A stretch of DNA of 64,000 nt. Source: an uncultured delta proteobacterium. Lineage in GTDB: Bacteria; Myxococcota; UBA727; VGSZ01. Where the stretch lies: contig CAVZJB010000011.1 in assembly GCA_963775425.1 (NCBI GenBank), positions 384,001 through 448,000 on the forward strand. The letters run 5' to 3'. Made by a program: the position numbers and the translations under genes. Positions 44,351 through 54,099 of this stretch are shown here, piece by piece (position 1 is the first letter of the stretch; each line of letters opens with the position of its first letter). The notes beneath the pieces are model-generated. The model was given only the letters and a program-made list of their open reading frames with translations, did no database searches and had not been told where the DNA came from.

Positions 44351-45865
44351 GTGCGCCCCGTTGTCCTTCCTCTCGTCCTCACCGCGCTGCTGCCGCTCTC
44401 CGCCTGCTTCCTGTTCGACGATGTCAGCCTCGCGTGCGCCGGCGACGACAACTGCCCCGCGGGCGACACCTGCTCGTCGGGCACCTGCGTCGCCGCCGCC
44501 GGCGACGAGGGCGAGGGGGAGGGCGAAGGGGAAGGCGAAGGAGAGGGAGAGGGCGAAGGAGAGGGCGAAGGAGAGGGCGAAGGAGAGGGCGAAGGCGAGG
44601 GCGAGGGCGAGGGAGAGCTCTGCCCGGACAACACCTGCGGCGACGGCTGCCACGACGTGAGCGAGCAGTGCGACGACGGCGCGGCCAACAGCGACCTGAT
44701 CGCCAACCGCTGCCGCACCGACTGCACGCTGCCGCGCTGTGGCGACGCGGTGGTCGACGCGGGCGAGGCGTGCGACGAGGGCGCCTTCAACACCGACACC
44801 GAGCTCGGCGACGTCTGCCGCACCAACTGCGTCTTCGGCGACGCCTGGTCGAACGCCCCCACCGACGGCGCGCCCGGCGCGCGCACGGGGGCGGCGTCGT
44901 TCCTGAGCGGCAACGGCGTCGTGGTGTGGGGCGGCGACAGCGACAAGGACGGCGCGCGGCTCGACCTCGACACGCTCACGTGGCAGCCCATCGCCGACGG
45001 CCCCACCGAGATCAGCGTCGGCACCACCGCCGTCCTCGGAGACAAGCTCTTCGCGTTCCGCGGCGGCGTCCGCGGCACGGAGCCGGCCGGCGGCATCTAT
45101 GACGCGAGCACCGATACGTGGCACACGCTGCCGTCGACGGGCGCGCCGTCGGACCGCGTGCGGCCGAGCGCGGCGTTCCTCGACGCGAACACCGTCGTGG
45201 TCTTTGGCGGCAGCGCGGGCATCAGCGTGCTGATGCTCAACGACGCCTTCATCTACGACGTCGCCGGCGACCAATGGTTGCCGTTCACGCCCAACGGCAC
45301 GCCGCCGTCGCCGCGCCGCGACGCGGGCGTCGCCGTCGTCGGCGGCGACCTGTTCATCTGGGGCGGCGTCACCGACAGCGACACCTCCGCCACCACCAAC
45401 ACCGGCGCCCGCTTCGACCACACGCAGAACCGCTGGGTCGACATGACGACGACGGGCGCTCCCGCGCCGCGCACCGCGCCCACCCTGGTGCCGCTGAACG
45501 ACGGCCGCGTCGCGGTGCTCGCCGGCAGCATCGGCGACGGCTCCATCGGCGGCCTCGACGCCGCCATCTACGATCCCTCGAGCGACACGTGGTCGCCCAT
45601 CGCCGATCCCGTCCCGTGCCTTGGTTCCCGCAGCCCGGTCGCCCTCGTCGGCGACGAGCTCATCGCGCCGCTGTCGTGCAACGCGACACCGGGCGGCCGC
45701 TACTCACTGTCCGCCCAGACCTGGCGAGACACCGGGACCACCGGCGCGCCTCCCGGTCGGTTCTTCACCAACGCGGTCGTGACCCCCCGCGGCGTGTTCG
45801 TCTTCGGCGGCACCGCCCAGAACTTCTTCACCCAGACCGACGTCGGTGCGTTCTACGAGCCTTGA
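44351..45865 (+). CDS. Lipoprotein with Cys module, (GE)n linker, Cys-rich repeats and Kelch propeller
   Basis: AGGAG RBS plus GTG; lipobox LSAC; EQCDDG, CGD...EACD; repeated VWGG/FGG...YD...W. Confidence 0.82.
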   Translation: MRPVVLPLVLTALLPLSACFLFDDVSLACAGDDNCPAGDTCSSGTCVAAAGDEGEGEGEGEGEGEGEGEGEGEGEGEGEGEGEGEGEGELCPDNTCGDGCHDVSEQCDDGAANSDLIANRCRTDCTLPRCGDAVVDAGEACDEGAFNTDTELGDVCRTNCVFGDAWSNAPTDGAPGARTGAASFLSGNGVVVWGGDSDKDGARLDLDTLTWQPIADGPTEISVGTTAVLGDKLFAFRGGVRGTEPAGGIYDASTDTWHTLPSTGAPSDRVRPSAAFLDANTVVVFGGSAGISVLMLNDAFIYDVAGDQWLPFTPNGTPPSPRRDAGVAVVGGDLFIWGGVTDSDTSATTNTGARFDHTQNRWVDMTTTGAPAPRTAPTLVPLNDGRVAVLAGSIGDGSIGGLDAAIYDPSSDTWSPIADPVPCLGSRSPVALVGDELIAPLSCNATPGGRYSLSAQTWRDTGTTGAPPGRFFTNAVVTPRGVFVFGGTAQNFFTQTDVGAFYEP

Positions 45866-45925
45866 GGCCGTTGTCCCTGCGAAGCGCCGCGGGGCTCCCC
45901 GACGCGTCGCCGCGAGCTCCACGCG

Positions 45926-46438
45926 TCAGCGGTAGTCGCGCGGCTTGTAGGCGTTGGGCCCGTTGGCGGGCAGCACGAACGGGACCACGCCGGAGTACAG
46001 CTCGTTGCCGCGCTCGTCCTTGGCGACGAAGCGCGCGACGTGCTCGCCGGGCAGGAAGTGCGCCTTGGCGAGGCTCCGATAGATGAGGCCGAAGGTCACC
46101 TGCGGCATCTCGACAACGGCGGCGTCGGACGCGGCGCCATGGACGAACGGCAGCCGCACATTCTGCTTGGTGAGCAGCCACGACGTCGCCCTCTTCCACG
46201 GCGCGAGCTTGCGCTTCACGTCGAGCGTCCAGGTGATGGTGTGGCCGACCAAGCTCTTGTCGACGGTGATGCCGTCGACGCGGAACAGATAGGCCTTCTC
46301 CCCGTACCAGTGCGTGTCGGGGTGCGTGCGCGCCTCGAGGAGGCCCACCGAGAGCTTCGCCGGCGGCGGGGCGCCGGCGCGCGCGGCGCCGCCGAGCGAG
46401 AGAGCGACGATTGCGGCGAGGAGGAGGGCGGTGCGCAT
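45926..46438 (-). CDS. Secreted hypothetical protein
   Basis: Signal peptide MRTALLLAAIVALSLGGAARA; GC-biased third codon positions. Confidence 0.65.
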   Translation of the reverse strand: MRTALLLAAIVALSLGGAARAGAPPPAKLSVGLLEARTHPDTHWYGEKAYLFRVDGITVDKSLVGHTITWTLDVKRKLAPWKRATSWLLTKQNVRLPFVHGAASDAAVVEMPQVTFGLIYRSLAKAHFLPGEHVARFVAKDERGNELYSGVVPFVLPANGPNAYKPRDYR

Positions 46439-46520
46439 GGTCCGCGGGTTAGCGAGCGCGTCCGTCGTCCACAATCAGAAAACCGGGGACGCCGCCGAAC
46501 GTCGTGGGCGTCGTCATCGG

Positions 46521-47225
46521 TCAGGCGTCGGTTTCACCGCGGGCGCGAATGAGCTTCGGCGGTGTGCCTCCCCAGATCTCGCGCGCCGGCAGCGTCGACG
46601 CCTTCTTCATGATGGAGCCGGCGGCGAGCACGGCGCCGTCGCCGAGGACGCAGCCGGGCATCACCTTCGCCCCGGTGCCGACCAGCGCGCCCTTGCCGAT
46701 GCGCACGGGGCGCATCTTCATCTTGCCGCCCTCGAGGATGTGGCCCTGAACGACGCAGTCGCCGCCGAGCACGGCGTCGTCCTCGATGGTGACGAGGTCC
46801 CACTCGTAGACGTGGATGGTGTTGATGCTCACGCGCCTCCCGATGTGCGCGCCCATCATGCGCAGGTAGAGGTTGAGAAACGGCGTCCCCTTCCAGTGCT
46901 GAAGGAAGAGCACGTTCGCCCAGTTGGTGAGCGCGCCGGTGGTGCCCCAGCCGACCACGGGCCAGGAGAACAGCGGCCACTCGCCCTCGCGGGGGCGATA
47001 GAAGACGAGCCACTTGTAGGCGACGCACAGGAGCACATAGCTCCAGCCCCACACCCCGTAGAGGAACGGCACCGACGCCACCGCCCACATCGTCGACGTC
47101 CAATACTGGATCCACACGAACGCGAACCAGCAGGGCAGGAGCGCCAGGCCCGAAAAGGCCGCACACAGCGAAAAGACGACGATCCCGCCGGCCCAACGGC
47201 CGAGGTCGATGACGAAGCCGGGCAT
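46521..47225 (-). CDS. Membrane-anchored hexapeptide-repeat (left-handed beta-helix) acyltransferase
   Basis: Two TM segments; GTPFLNLYLRMMGAHIG, VRIGKGALVG, WGGTP. Confidence 0.8.
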   Translation of the reverse strand: MPGFVIDLGRWAGGIVVFSLCAAFSGLALLPCWFAFVWIQYWTSTMWAVASVPFLYGVWGWSYVLLCVAYKWLVFYRPREGEWPLFSWPVVGWGTTGALTNWANVLFLQHWKGTPFLNLYLRMMGAHIGRRVSINTIHVYEWDLVTIEDDAVLGGDCVVQGHILEGGKMKMRPVRIGKGALVGTGAKVMPGCVLGDGAVLAAGSIMKKASTLPAREIWGGTPPKLIRARGETDA

Positions 47226-47286
47226 GTTTCACACCTCCGTGCGCACCGCGCCTCGGGCGAAGCAAGGACTATACTCGCGGCCGACG

Positions 47287-48927
47287 ATGAGCCCCGCCCC
47301 CGCTCACGCGGCGCCCGCCGCCCCCGACGGCGACGACGCGCTGCCTCGCCCGTTCGGTCCCTACTTGCTGCTCGCGCGCCTCGCGCGCGGCGGGATGGGC
47401 GAGGTGTTCCTCGCCAAGCACGGCGGGCTCCAGGGCTTCGAGAAGCACTGCGTGGTGAAGAGCCTGCGCGGCGACCTCGCGTCCCACGGCGAGTACGCGA
47501 ACCGCTTCGCGGAGGAGGCGCGCGTCGTCGTGCATCTGTCCCATCGCAACATCTGCTCGGTGTTCGACGTCGGTCGCGCCCAAGGCCAGCTCTATGTGGC
47601 CATGGAGCACATCGTCGGCGCCGACCTGCGGATGGTGACCTCGCGCGCGCGGATGACGCCGGCGCTCGCCGTGCACGTGATCTCCGAGGTGCTCGAGGCG
47701 CTCGACTACGCCCATCGCTTCGTCGACGCCGAGACCGAGCAGCCGCTCGCGCTCGTGCACCGCGACGTATCGCCGCACAACGTGCTGCTCGGGTGCGAGG
47801 GCGACGTGAAGCTCATCGACTTCGGCATCGCCACCAGCGCGCGGCTCGGCCCGGTCACCGACGACGGCACGGTCCTCGGCAAGCTCACGTACATGTCGCC
47901 GGAGCACGCGCGCGGGGACGCCGTCGACGGCCGCTCCGACGAATACGCCGCGGCGGTCCTGTTGACGGAGCTCCTCACCGGCGCCCCGTTCACCGACGGC
48001 CTGAGCCGCGAAGAGGCCTGGCGCATTTCGGGCCTCGGCGGTCATCGGCCGGAGCAGTTTTCGTCCATCGAAGCCGAGCTGCGCGCGGTCCTCGATCGTG
48101 CGCTCCAGCCGAGCGCGGAGGTGCGCTTCCCGACGTGCTCGGCGTTCGGCGACGCCATCGTGCAGTGGGCGCGCAAGCACGGCCACGTCGCGGACGCCCG
48201 CGACGTGCGTCGCATGATGGCCGGCATCTTCCCCGGCCTCGACGCCGAGACGCGCCACTTCGTGCGCGGCTTCCACGAAGTGCACGCGCCGTCGCTGGAG
48301 ACGGCGGTGAAGACGCCCGGCTTCGAGACCATCGCGACCACCATGATGATGGCGCCCACCACCGTCGGTGAGCACAGCGCGCCGCCGGCGAGCACCCCGG
48401 ACGTCCCCGGGACCCTGCCGGGCACCTCGGTGCTGCCGCCCGCGCGCACCTGGCTCCCGCGCGTGGCCGCCGGCGCCGCCGTCGTCCTCGCCGCCGCCGT
48501 CGGCCTCGCGGCGGGGCTCGCGCTCGATGGTCGCCGCGCGGCCGACGACGGCGAGCGTGTCGTCGCGCTACCCCCGTCGCCGCTGCCGCACGCGCCGCTC
48601 TCCGCGGACGCGGCCGGAGCCGCCGCGGCTGACCCCGACGCTGGCGCCGGCGCCGACGACGCGGTCGACGCCGCCGCGCGCGCCGACGACGACGACGACG
48701 CAGGCAAGGCCAGGGGGGCCCACGCCGGGGTGCGCCCCCGCAAGCGCGGCGCGCGCATCGACGCCGACACGCGCCGAACGCTGACGTACCTCAACGGCTG
48801 CGTGGGCGTCGTGACCTGCGCGCCGGGCGTGCTCGAGTGGAGCCGGCGCCACCTGAGCGGCCCCGAGCGCGATCAGCTCGCCGACGCCGTCGCCGACTGC
48901 GCGCAGAAGTGCCGCCTCAAGCGGTGA
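47287..48927 (+). CDS. Membrane Ser/Thr protein kinase
   Basis: GGMGEV, VVK, HRDVSPHN, DFG, YMSPE; TM segment; Cys-containing C-terminus. Confidence 0.92.
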   Translation: MSPAPAHAAPAAPDGDDALPRPFGPYLLLARLARGGMGEVFLAKHGGLQGFEKHCVVKSLRGDLASHGEYANRFAEEARVVVHLSHRNICSVFDVGRAQGQLYVAMEHIVGADLRMVTSRARMTPALAVHVISEVLEALDYAHRFVDAETEQPLALVHRDVSPHNVLLGCEGDVKLIDFGIATSARLGPVTDDGTVLGKLTYMSPEHARGDAVDGRSDEYAAAVLLTELLTGAPFTDGLSREEAWRISGLGGHRPEQFSSIEAELRAVLDRALQPSAEVRFPTCSAFGDAIVQWARKHGHVADARDVRRMMAGIFPGLDAETRHFVRGFHEVHAPSLETAVKTPGFETIATTMMMAPTTVGEHSAPPASTPDVPGTLPGTSVLPPARTWLPRVAAGAAVVLAAAVGLAAGLALDGRRAADDGERVVALPPSPLPHAPLSADAAGAAAADPDAGAGADDAVDAAARADDDDDAGKARGAHAGVRPRKRGARIDADTRRTLTYLNGCVGVVTCAPGVLEWSRRHLSGPERDQLADAVADCAQKCRLKR

Positions 48928-48929
48928 AA

Positions 48930-49352
48930 GGCTGACGAAGAAATGTTGCTCGTAGCAGCACTCGGCGAAGCCGCCCACAAGGTGGCTCGCCGCGCGGAGT
49001 AGTACGTGGCGAGGCACGTCGGCGCGCAAGAACCGCTGCAGGTTGTGAGGAAACGGCGGGTCCGAGCGGTGTTGTGATCCCGCTATCAGCGCACGTGGCG
49101 GGTTCGTGCGGGTCGTGTGCGCGCCGACGTGCCTCGATGCGACGTCGGCGCGGACTTCAGGCGGTGAGCTTCGCGAGGTTCTGCAGCAGGTTGAAGGCCA
49201 CGGCCTGGGTCTTCAGCTTGGGCGCTCGGAATCAGCGAAGGCTAGACAACGTCGCCACCGCCGGAGCGGAAAGGAGCGGAGAGCTCGGCGCCCCGGCGCT
49301 CAACTCGGCGCGCGTCTTCGTCGCCGAGCTCGGAGCTCCTTTCCGCTCCGCC
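48930..49352. mobile_element. Dispersed structured non-coding element, copy 2, with an ~86-bp extra segment
   Basis: Matches 13594-13929. Perfect 19-bp IR at 49010-49028/49118-49136 and 16-bp IR at 49262-49277/49335-49350. The extra 49150-49235 reads KTQAVAFNLLQNLAKLTA* on the minus strand. Confidence 0.65.
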
Positions 49353-49517
49353 GTGTGGCCGGAGCACCGTCCCCTTCCGGGTGGCTCGGATCAACGGTCC
49401 ATCGGAGCGCAGCCGCCACGAGCCTGGGAGCCGCGAACGATCGGACGCGGCCGCTCCAAAACAGGACACCCCGGACGCGCGCGGGGGCGGCGCCCGGGCA
49501 TCTCGTAGTGTCGCCGC

Positions 49518-50069
49518 GTGCCGAACGTCCGCGGTGTCTTGTTCCTCGATTACGTGCGGATGATCCGCTCGCGCAAGGATCTCGAGTGGTCCTCGTGCAT
49601 CACCGAGGAGGATCGCCCCTACGTCGTCGCGCCCGTCGACCCGGAGACCTGGTACCCGATGGCCGTGTTCGAGCGGCTGGGCAACGCCATCCTCAAGCTG
49701 ATCGCGTACGACGAGATGGAGCTCGTGCGCGCCTGGGGCTACCACTCCGTCGACACGCTCTGTCGCAGCGAGCCGAACCTGCTCGCGCCCGGCGACACCG
49801 TCGAGACGCTCACGCGCTTCCGCGTGCTGCGCTCCACGTTCTTCGACTTCGAGGCCCTGCAGATCCCGCTGCTCCACGTCGACGAGGCCGACATCGTCAT
49901 CGCGTACGGCATGGGCTCACCGGCGGAGGAGGCGGCGTCGTGGCAGACCCTCGGCTTCTTCCAACGCCTGCTCGAGCTCGCCGGTGCCACCGACGTCACC
50001 GCGTCCTTCGATCAGCGCGTGTGGGCGGGCGATCCGCGCACGCTGCTGCGCATCACGTGGACGCCGTAG
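49518..50069 (+). CDS. Myxobacterial DUF2378/V4R-like hypothetical protein
   Basis: NVRGVLF, WYP, GFFQRLLELAGA, C-terminal RITW pattern. Confidence 0.65.
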   Translation: MPNVRGVLFLDYVRMIRSRKDLEWSSCITEEDRPYVVAPVDPETWYPMAVFERLGNAILKLIAYDEMELVRAWGYHSVDTLCRSEPNLLAPGDTVETLTRFRVLRSTFFDFEALQIPLLHVDEADIVIAYGMGSPAEEAASWQTLGFFQRLLELAGATDVTASFDQRVWAGDPRTLLRITWTP

Positions 50070-52236
50070 GCAGCCGCTCGGCCACCAGCTCGGCGATGTC
50101 CTTCACCTTGATCTTCTCTTCCACGTCGAGGGTCTTGGTGCCGTCGACGATCATCGACTTGCAGAAGGGGCACCCGACCGCCACGGTGGTGGCCCCCGTC
50201 GCGATCGCCTGCTTGGTGCGCTCGACGTTCACGCGCTCGCCGATGTGCTCCTCCATGAACAAGCGGCCGCCGCCGGCGCCGCAGCAGAAGCTCGACTTCT
50301 TGCTGCGCTCCATCTCGGTGTTCTTGACGCCGATCTTTACGAGCGCCTCGCGGGGCGCGTCGAACTCGCGGTTGTAGCGCCCGAGGTAGCAGGGGTCATG
50401 GAAGGTGACGTGCTCCTTGAGCGCGCTCTTGGTGTCGAGCGGGATCTTGCCGTCCTTCAAGAGCTCTTCGATGAGCTGCGTGTGGTGCATGACGTCGTAG
50501 TGGACGCCGAGCTCGCCGTACTCGTTCTTGAGCGAGTTCATGCAGTGCGGGCACGTGGTGAAGATCTTCTTGAACTTGTACTGCCCGAGCGTGGCGATGT
50601 TCTCCTGGGCGAGCTGGTTCCACACCGCCTCGTTGCCCATGCGGCGGGCGGGGTCGCCGGTGCACTTCTCCTCGCAGCCGAGGATGGCGAAGTCGACCTT
50701 GGCCGCCTGGAGCACGCGCACCAGCGCCTGCTGCACCTTCTTGGCGTTGTCGTCGGTGGCGCCGGCGCAGCCGACCCAGAACAGGTACTGCACCTCGCGC
50801 TCCGTGCCGACGCTGGCCATGGTGGGGACGTCGAGGCCCTCGGCCCACTCCTCACGCTTGTCCTGGCCCATGCCCCAGGGGTTGCCCTGGCGCTCCATGC
50901 CTTTGAACGCGGCGGTGAGCTCCTTGGGGAAGTCGGACTCCATCATCACCAGGTGCTGGCGGATGCCGATGAGGCTCGCGGGCACGGAGTCGATGAGCAC
51001 CGGGCACGCCTCGAAGCACGCGCCGCAGGTGGTGCAGGCCCAGGCGTCGTCGACGTGGATCTGGCCGTCGATGGTGGTGTAGGTGCCGTCCTCGCGGATG
51101 GCCTCCTTGGGCACCTCCTCCTTGCTGATGAGCGGGAAGAGCTCGAGCGCCTCCTCCGCCTCCTTGTTGCGGGCGATGGCCCGGCCGTAGGAGTCGCGCA
51201 GCGCGTAGAGCTGCGGGCCGTTCTTCTTCAGGAGGTTGATCTTCTCGTCGTGCAGGACCTTCTTGGGCTTGAGCGGCTTGTGCGTGAGGTGCGCGGGGCA
51301 GACGTTGTTGCAGCGCGCGCACTCGGTGCACGCGAACGTGTCGAGCAGGGTCTTCCAGGGGAGCTCGGTGATGCGATCGATGCCGTATTTCTCCGCGGTC
51401 TCGAAGTCGATCGCCGGGGGAACGCCGAGCGGCCGCTCGCCCTTCTTGTGCACGTGCTGCCGCCACCCGTAGCTGCCGGTGCGGAAGAACCAGGTGTTGG
51501 GGCCGGCGAACACGAGGTGCATGTGCTTGGACATCGGGATGTACACGCCGAAGCCGAGGAACACCGCGACGTGCGCGAACCAGAACGTCCAGTAGATGGC
51601 GTCGACGGCGCCGACGGGCAGGTTGGACATCCACATCGCCATCAGCGACGTGAAGGGCTGGGAGCGCGCGAACACGAACGCGTAGCCGGACTCGCGCACG
51701 TGCATAGCGCCCTGAAGCATGAAGAACGTCACGTAGAGGCCGAGGATGAAGTAGAGGATGATCTCGGCGTCGAGCGAGCGCGGCACGAGGCGCTTGGGCG
51801 GAAACAGCAGGCGTCGCGCGATGGCGATGGCGGCGGCGACGAGGACGATGGCCGCCATGGCGTCCTGGCTCACGTGGTAGAGCTTCTCGAGCGGCATCGG
51901 CAACAAGACGCCGTACGAGAAGGGGTGGACGCCCCACGTCTGCAGGAAGTCGGTGAGCCCCTCGAGGACGATCTCGGTGTGCCCGGCGCCGAGGACGAGG
52001 AAGCCGTAGATGAAGCACATGTGCAGGAGGCCGGAGACCGGGTCCTCGAGCGTCTTCCTGTGACCGAGGACGATGGAGCCGACCATCTTCCAGCGCGCCG
52101 CTTTGTGGTCGGTGTGCTTCTCCTCGTGGGCGCCCATGTTGATGAACGCGCTGATGCGGCCGAGCCGCTGGAACATGAAGGCGAAGGCGCAGAGCACCGC
52201 CGCCAGCGTGATGGTCGAGTGAAGGATGAACCACAT
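50053..52236 (-). CDS. Membrane-bound Fe-S oxidoreductase (FadF/HdrD-like: TM module, 2 x 4Fe-4S, CCG domains)
   Basis: CTECARCNNVCP, CTTCGACFEACP, GNPWG, HDPCYLGR, CCGAGGG, GCPFC. Confidence 0.9.
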   Translation of the reverse strand: MWFILHSTITLAAVLCAFAFMFQRLGRISAFINMGAHEEKHTDHKAARWKMVGSIVLGHRKTLEDPVSGLLHMCFIYGFLVLGAGHTEIVLEGLTDFLQTWGVHPFSYGVLLPMPLEKLYHVSQDAMAAIVLVAAAIAIARRLLFPPKRLVPRSLDAEIILYFILGLYVTFFMLQGAMHVRESGYAFVFARSQPFTSLMAMWMSNLPVGAVDAIYWTFWFAHVAVFLGFGVYIPMSKHMHLVFAGPNTWFFRTGSYGWRQHVHKKGERPLGVPPAIDFETAEKYGIDRITELPWKTLLDTFACTECARCNNVCPAHLTHKPLKPKKVLHDEKINLLKKNGPQLYALRDSYGRAIARNKEAEEALELFPLISKEEVPKEAIREDGTYTTIDGQIHVDDAWACTTCGACFEACPVLIDSVPASLIGIRQHLVMMESDFPKELTAAFKGMERQGNPWGMGQDKREEWAEGLDVPTMASVGTEREVQYLFWVGCAGATDDNAKKVQQALVRVLQAAKVDFAILGCEEKCTGDPARRMGNEAVWNQLAQENIATLGQYKFKKIFTTCPHCMNSLKNEYGELGVHYDVMHHTQLIEELLKDGKIPLDTKSALKEHVTFHDPCYLGRYNREFDAPREALVKIGVKNTEMERSKKSSFCCGAGGGRLFMEEHIGERVNVERTKQAIATGATTVAVGCPFCKSMIVDGTKTLDVEEKIKVKDIAELVAERLPTAST

Positions 52237-52257
52237 GGCGCTTCGCGTCATACCCGG

Positions 52258-52806
52258 CTAGCGGGCAACGCGCCACCAGGTCAGCGCGGTGAGGGTGAGC
52301 GCGTTCTGCAGCTCGCCCGTCCGGAGCGCGTCGTCGACGGCGTCCACGGCGAGCGTCTCCACCTCGATGTCCTCGGTCGGGTCGAGGTCCTGCGCGGCGA
52401 CCTTGCGGGCGCCCTCGACAAGCACCGTGGCGCAGCGGTTGTTCATGAAAGCGGGGTTCGGCCAGACGGCGCCGATGATGCGCGCGGGCTTGTCGGGTGC
52501 GGGGGCGTAGCCCGTCTCCTCCTTCAGCTCGCGCAGCCCGGCGGTGAGCGGGTCTTCGTCGCGCTCGACGAGCCCCGCGGGCAATTCGAGGGTGAAGGCG
52601 CGCGCGCCGAAGCGCCACTGGCGCACGAGCACCAGCTCGTTTCCCTCGGTGACGCACACGACGTTCACCCAGTCCGGCGCCACCAGCCGGTCCACCGTGA
52701 CCGGCTTGCCCGACTTGGGGTTTTTGACGACGTCGGAGCGCACGGTGAAGACCCGGCGCCGGTCGGGGACGCCCTCCTCGAGCTCATCCCAGGGCAACAG
52801 CGGCAT
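52258..52806 (-). CDS. NUDIX hydrolase (ADP-ribose pyrophosphatase-like)
   Basis: LELPAGLVERDEDPLTAGLRELKEETG Nudix box. Confidence 0.92.
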   Translation of the reverse strand: MPLLPWDELEEGVPDRRRVFTVRSDVVKNPKSGKPVTVDRLVAPDWVNVVCVTEGNELVLVRQWRFGARAFTLELPAGLVERDEDPLTAGLRELKEETGYAPAPDKPARIIGAVWPNPAFMNNRCATVLVEGARKVAAQDLDPTEDIEVETLAVDAVDDALRTGELQNALTLTALTWWRVAR

Positions 52807-52845
52807 GCGGCGCAACCTCCCACGGATCTGTCCGACAATGTAGGT

Positions 52846-53181
52846 GTGACTCCCACGGAATCGTTCTTCACGAAAGACCTCCCCGCCCTGATCGTCCGGG
52901 AGCTGTCGCGGTTCCGCTCGTCCCGCGGGACCCTGGCGTTCTCCTGCGCCGGCGAGAAGTTCACGCTCTGCCTCGGCGACGCCGCCGCCCCCGTGGTGCC
53001 CGGCTTCCTGCGCAGCGCCGACGTGAAGCTGTGGTTCACGGGAGACGCCTTCGAGCGCTTCCTGGCCGGCGAGATCGTGCCGGGGCAGGTGCGCGTGCAG
53101 GGGGACGCCGAGGTGCTCGAGCGCTTCGGTCGTCTGCTCATGCCCGCCGCCAGCTCGCTCTCCGTTCGCTTCGCCGCCTGA
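52846..53181 (+). CDS. SCP2 sterol/lipid-binding-like small protein
   Basis: ADVKLWF...FERFLAG...GQVRVQGD pattern; GTG at 52846. Confidence 0.6.
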   Translation: MTPTESFFTKDLPALIVRELSRFRSSRGTLAFSCAGEKFTLCLGDAAAPVVPGFLRSADVKLWFTGDAFERFLAGEIVPGQVRVQGDAEVLERFGRLLMPAASSLSVRFAA

Positions 53182-53192
53182 AAGGAACAGCC

Positions 53193-54062
53193 ATGCCCCG
53201 CATCGCCAAGCACGACGTCAACGCCGCCCTCGACCGCATCGCGCAGAACATCCGCGACGCCGCGGGCAAGGACGGCATCACCTCGCGCAAGGACATCAAG
53301 GCCAAGCTGCAGACGATGTCCGGCACCGAGAAGCGCCTGACCGACATGTTCTATCGCTTCGTCGATCACCGCGACGCCAAGCCGGGGGCGCGCATCACCG
53401 GCTCCGACATCGCCCGCGGCTCCGACTACGCCAAGGAGCACCTGGTCGCCAAGTACGACGTCAACCACAATGGGCTCTCGCACGAAGAGATCGAGAGGAT
53501 GTCGGTGACGGGGCAGCTCGCGGTGAAGCTCGCCGCCGAGCTCAAGGGCGTGGAGCTGCCGAAGCCGACGCCGACCTCCGCGCTGGGCAAGCTGATCAAC
53601 GAGGCGGCCAAGGGCGCGGACTACATCAGCGAGAGCGACTCCACGCCCGCGTACGTGGAGACCCCGCTGCCGGCGGGGCAGGCCATCACGGGCGACCTCG
53701 TGATGCAGCGGTTCGCCACGCAGCTCGAGAAGGCCTTCTCGTGGGACGGCAGCCCCGTCGACCTCGCCGACTTCACCACCGAGGTGGCGTCGCCGGCGGA
53801 GTCCGCCAGGTTCTTCGACGACATGGTGGTCCCGTACGACCCCGGCGACCCGTTCATCGTCGACAACAGCAAGGCGTGGGCGAAGCTCAAGAAGGTCTTC
53901 GACGACAACATCACGGACCTCACCGTGGTGCGCGTCGGGCCCCGCGACGAAATGGACCGCACGAAGATGGCGCAGAGCCAGGGCGCCTACGAGTACTACC
54001 TCGTCGGCCGCAGCGCCGACGGCAAGCTCGCCGGCGTCACCTTCGAATCCGTCGAAACCTGA
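53193..54062 (+). CDS. Nuclease A inhibitor (NuiA)-like domain protein with an N-terminal EF-hand-like region
   Basis: YISESD, RFF, LTVVRVG, YLVGR...LAGV...SVET C-terminus; YDVNHNGLS; AAGGAA RBS. Confidence 0.7.
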   Translation: MPRIAKHDVNAALDRIAQNIRDAAGKDGITSRKDIKAKLQTMSGTEKRLTDMFYRFVDHRDAKPGARITGSDIARGSDYAKEHLVAKYDVNHNGLSHEEIERMSVTGQLAVKLAAELKGVELPKPTPTSALGKLINEAAKGADYISESDSTPAYVETPLPAGQAITGDLVMQRFATQLEKAFSWDGSPVDLADFTTEVASPAESARFFDDMVVPYDPGDPFIVDNSKAWAKLKKVFDDNITDLTVVRVGPRDEMDRTKMAQSQGAYEYYLVGRSADGKLAGVTFESVET

Positions 54063-54099
54063 GCGCCGTGGCTCGCTCGTCCGCCGCCGGACAGGCGCG

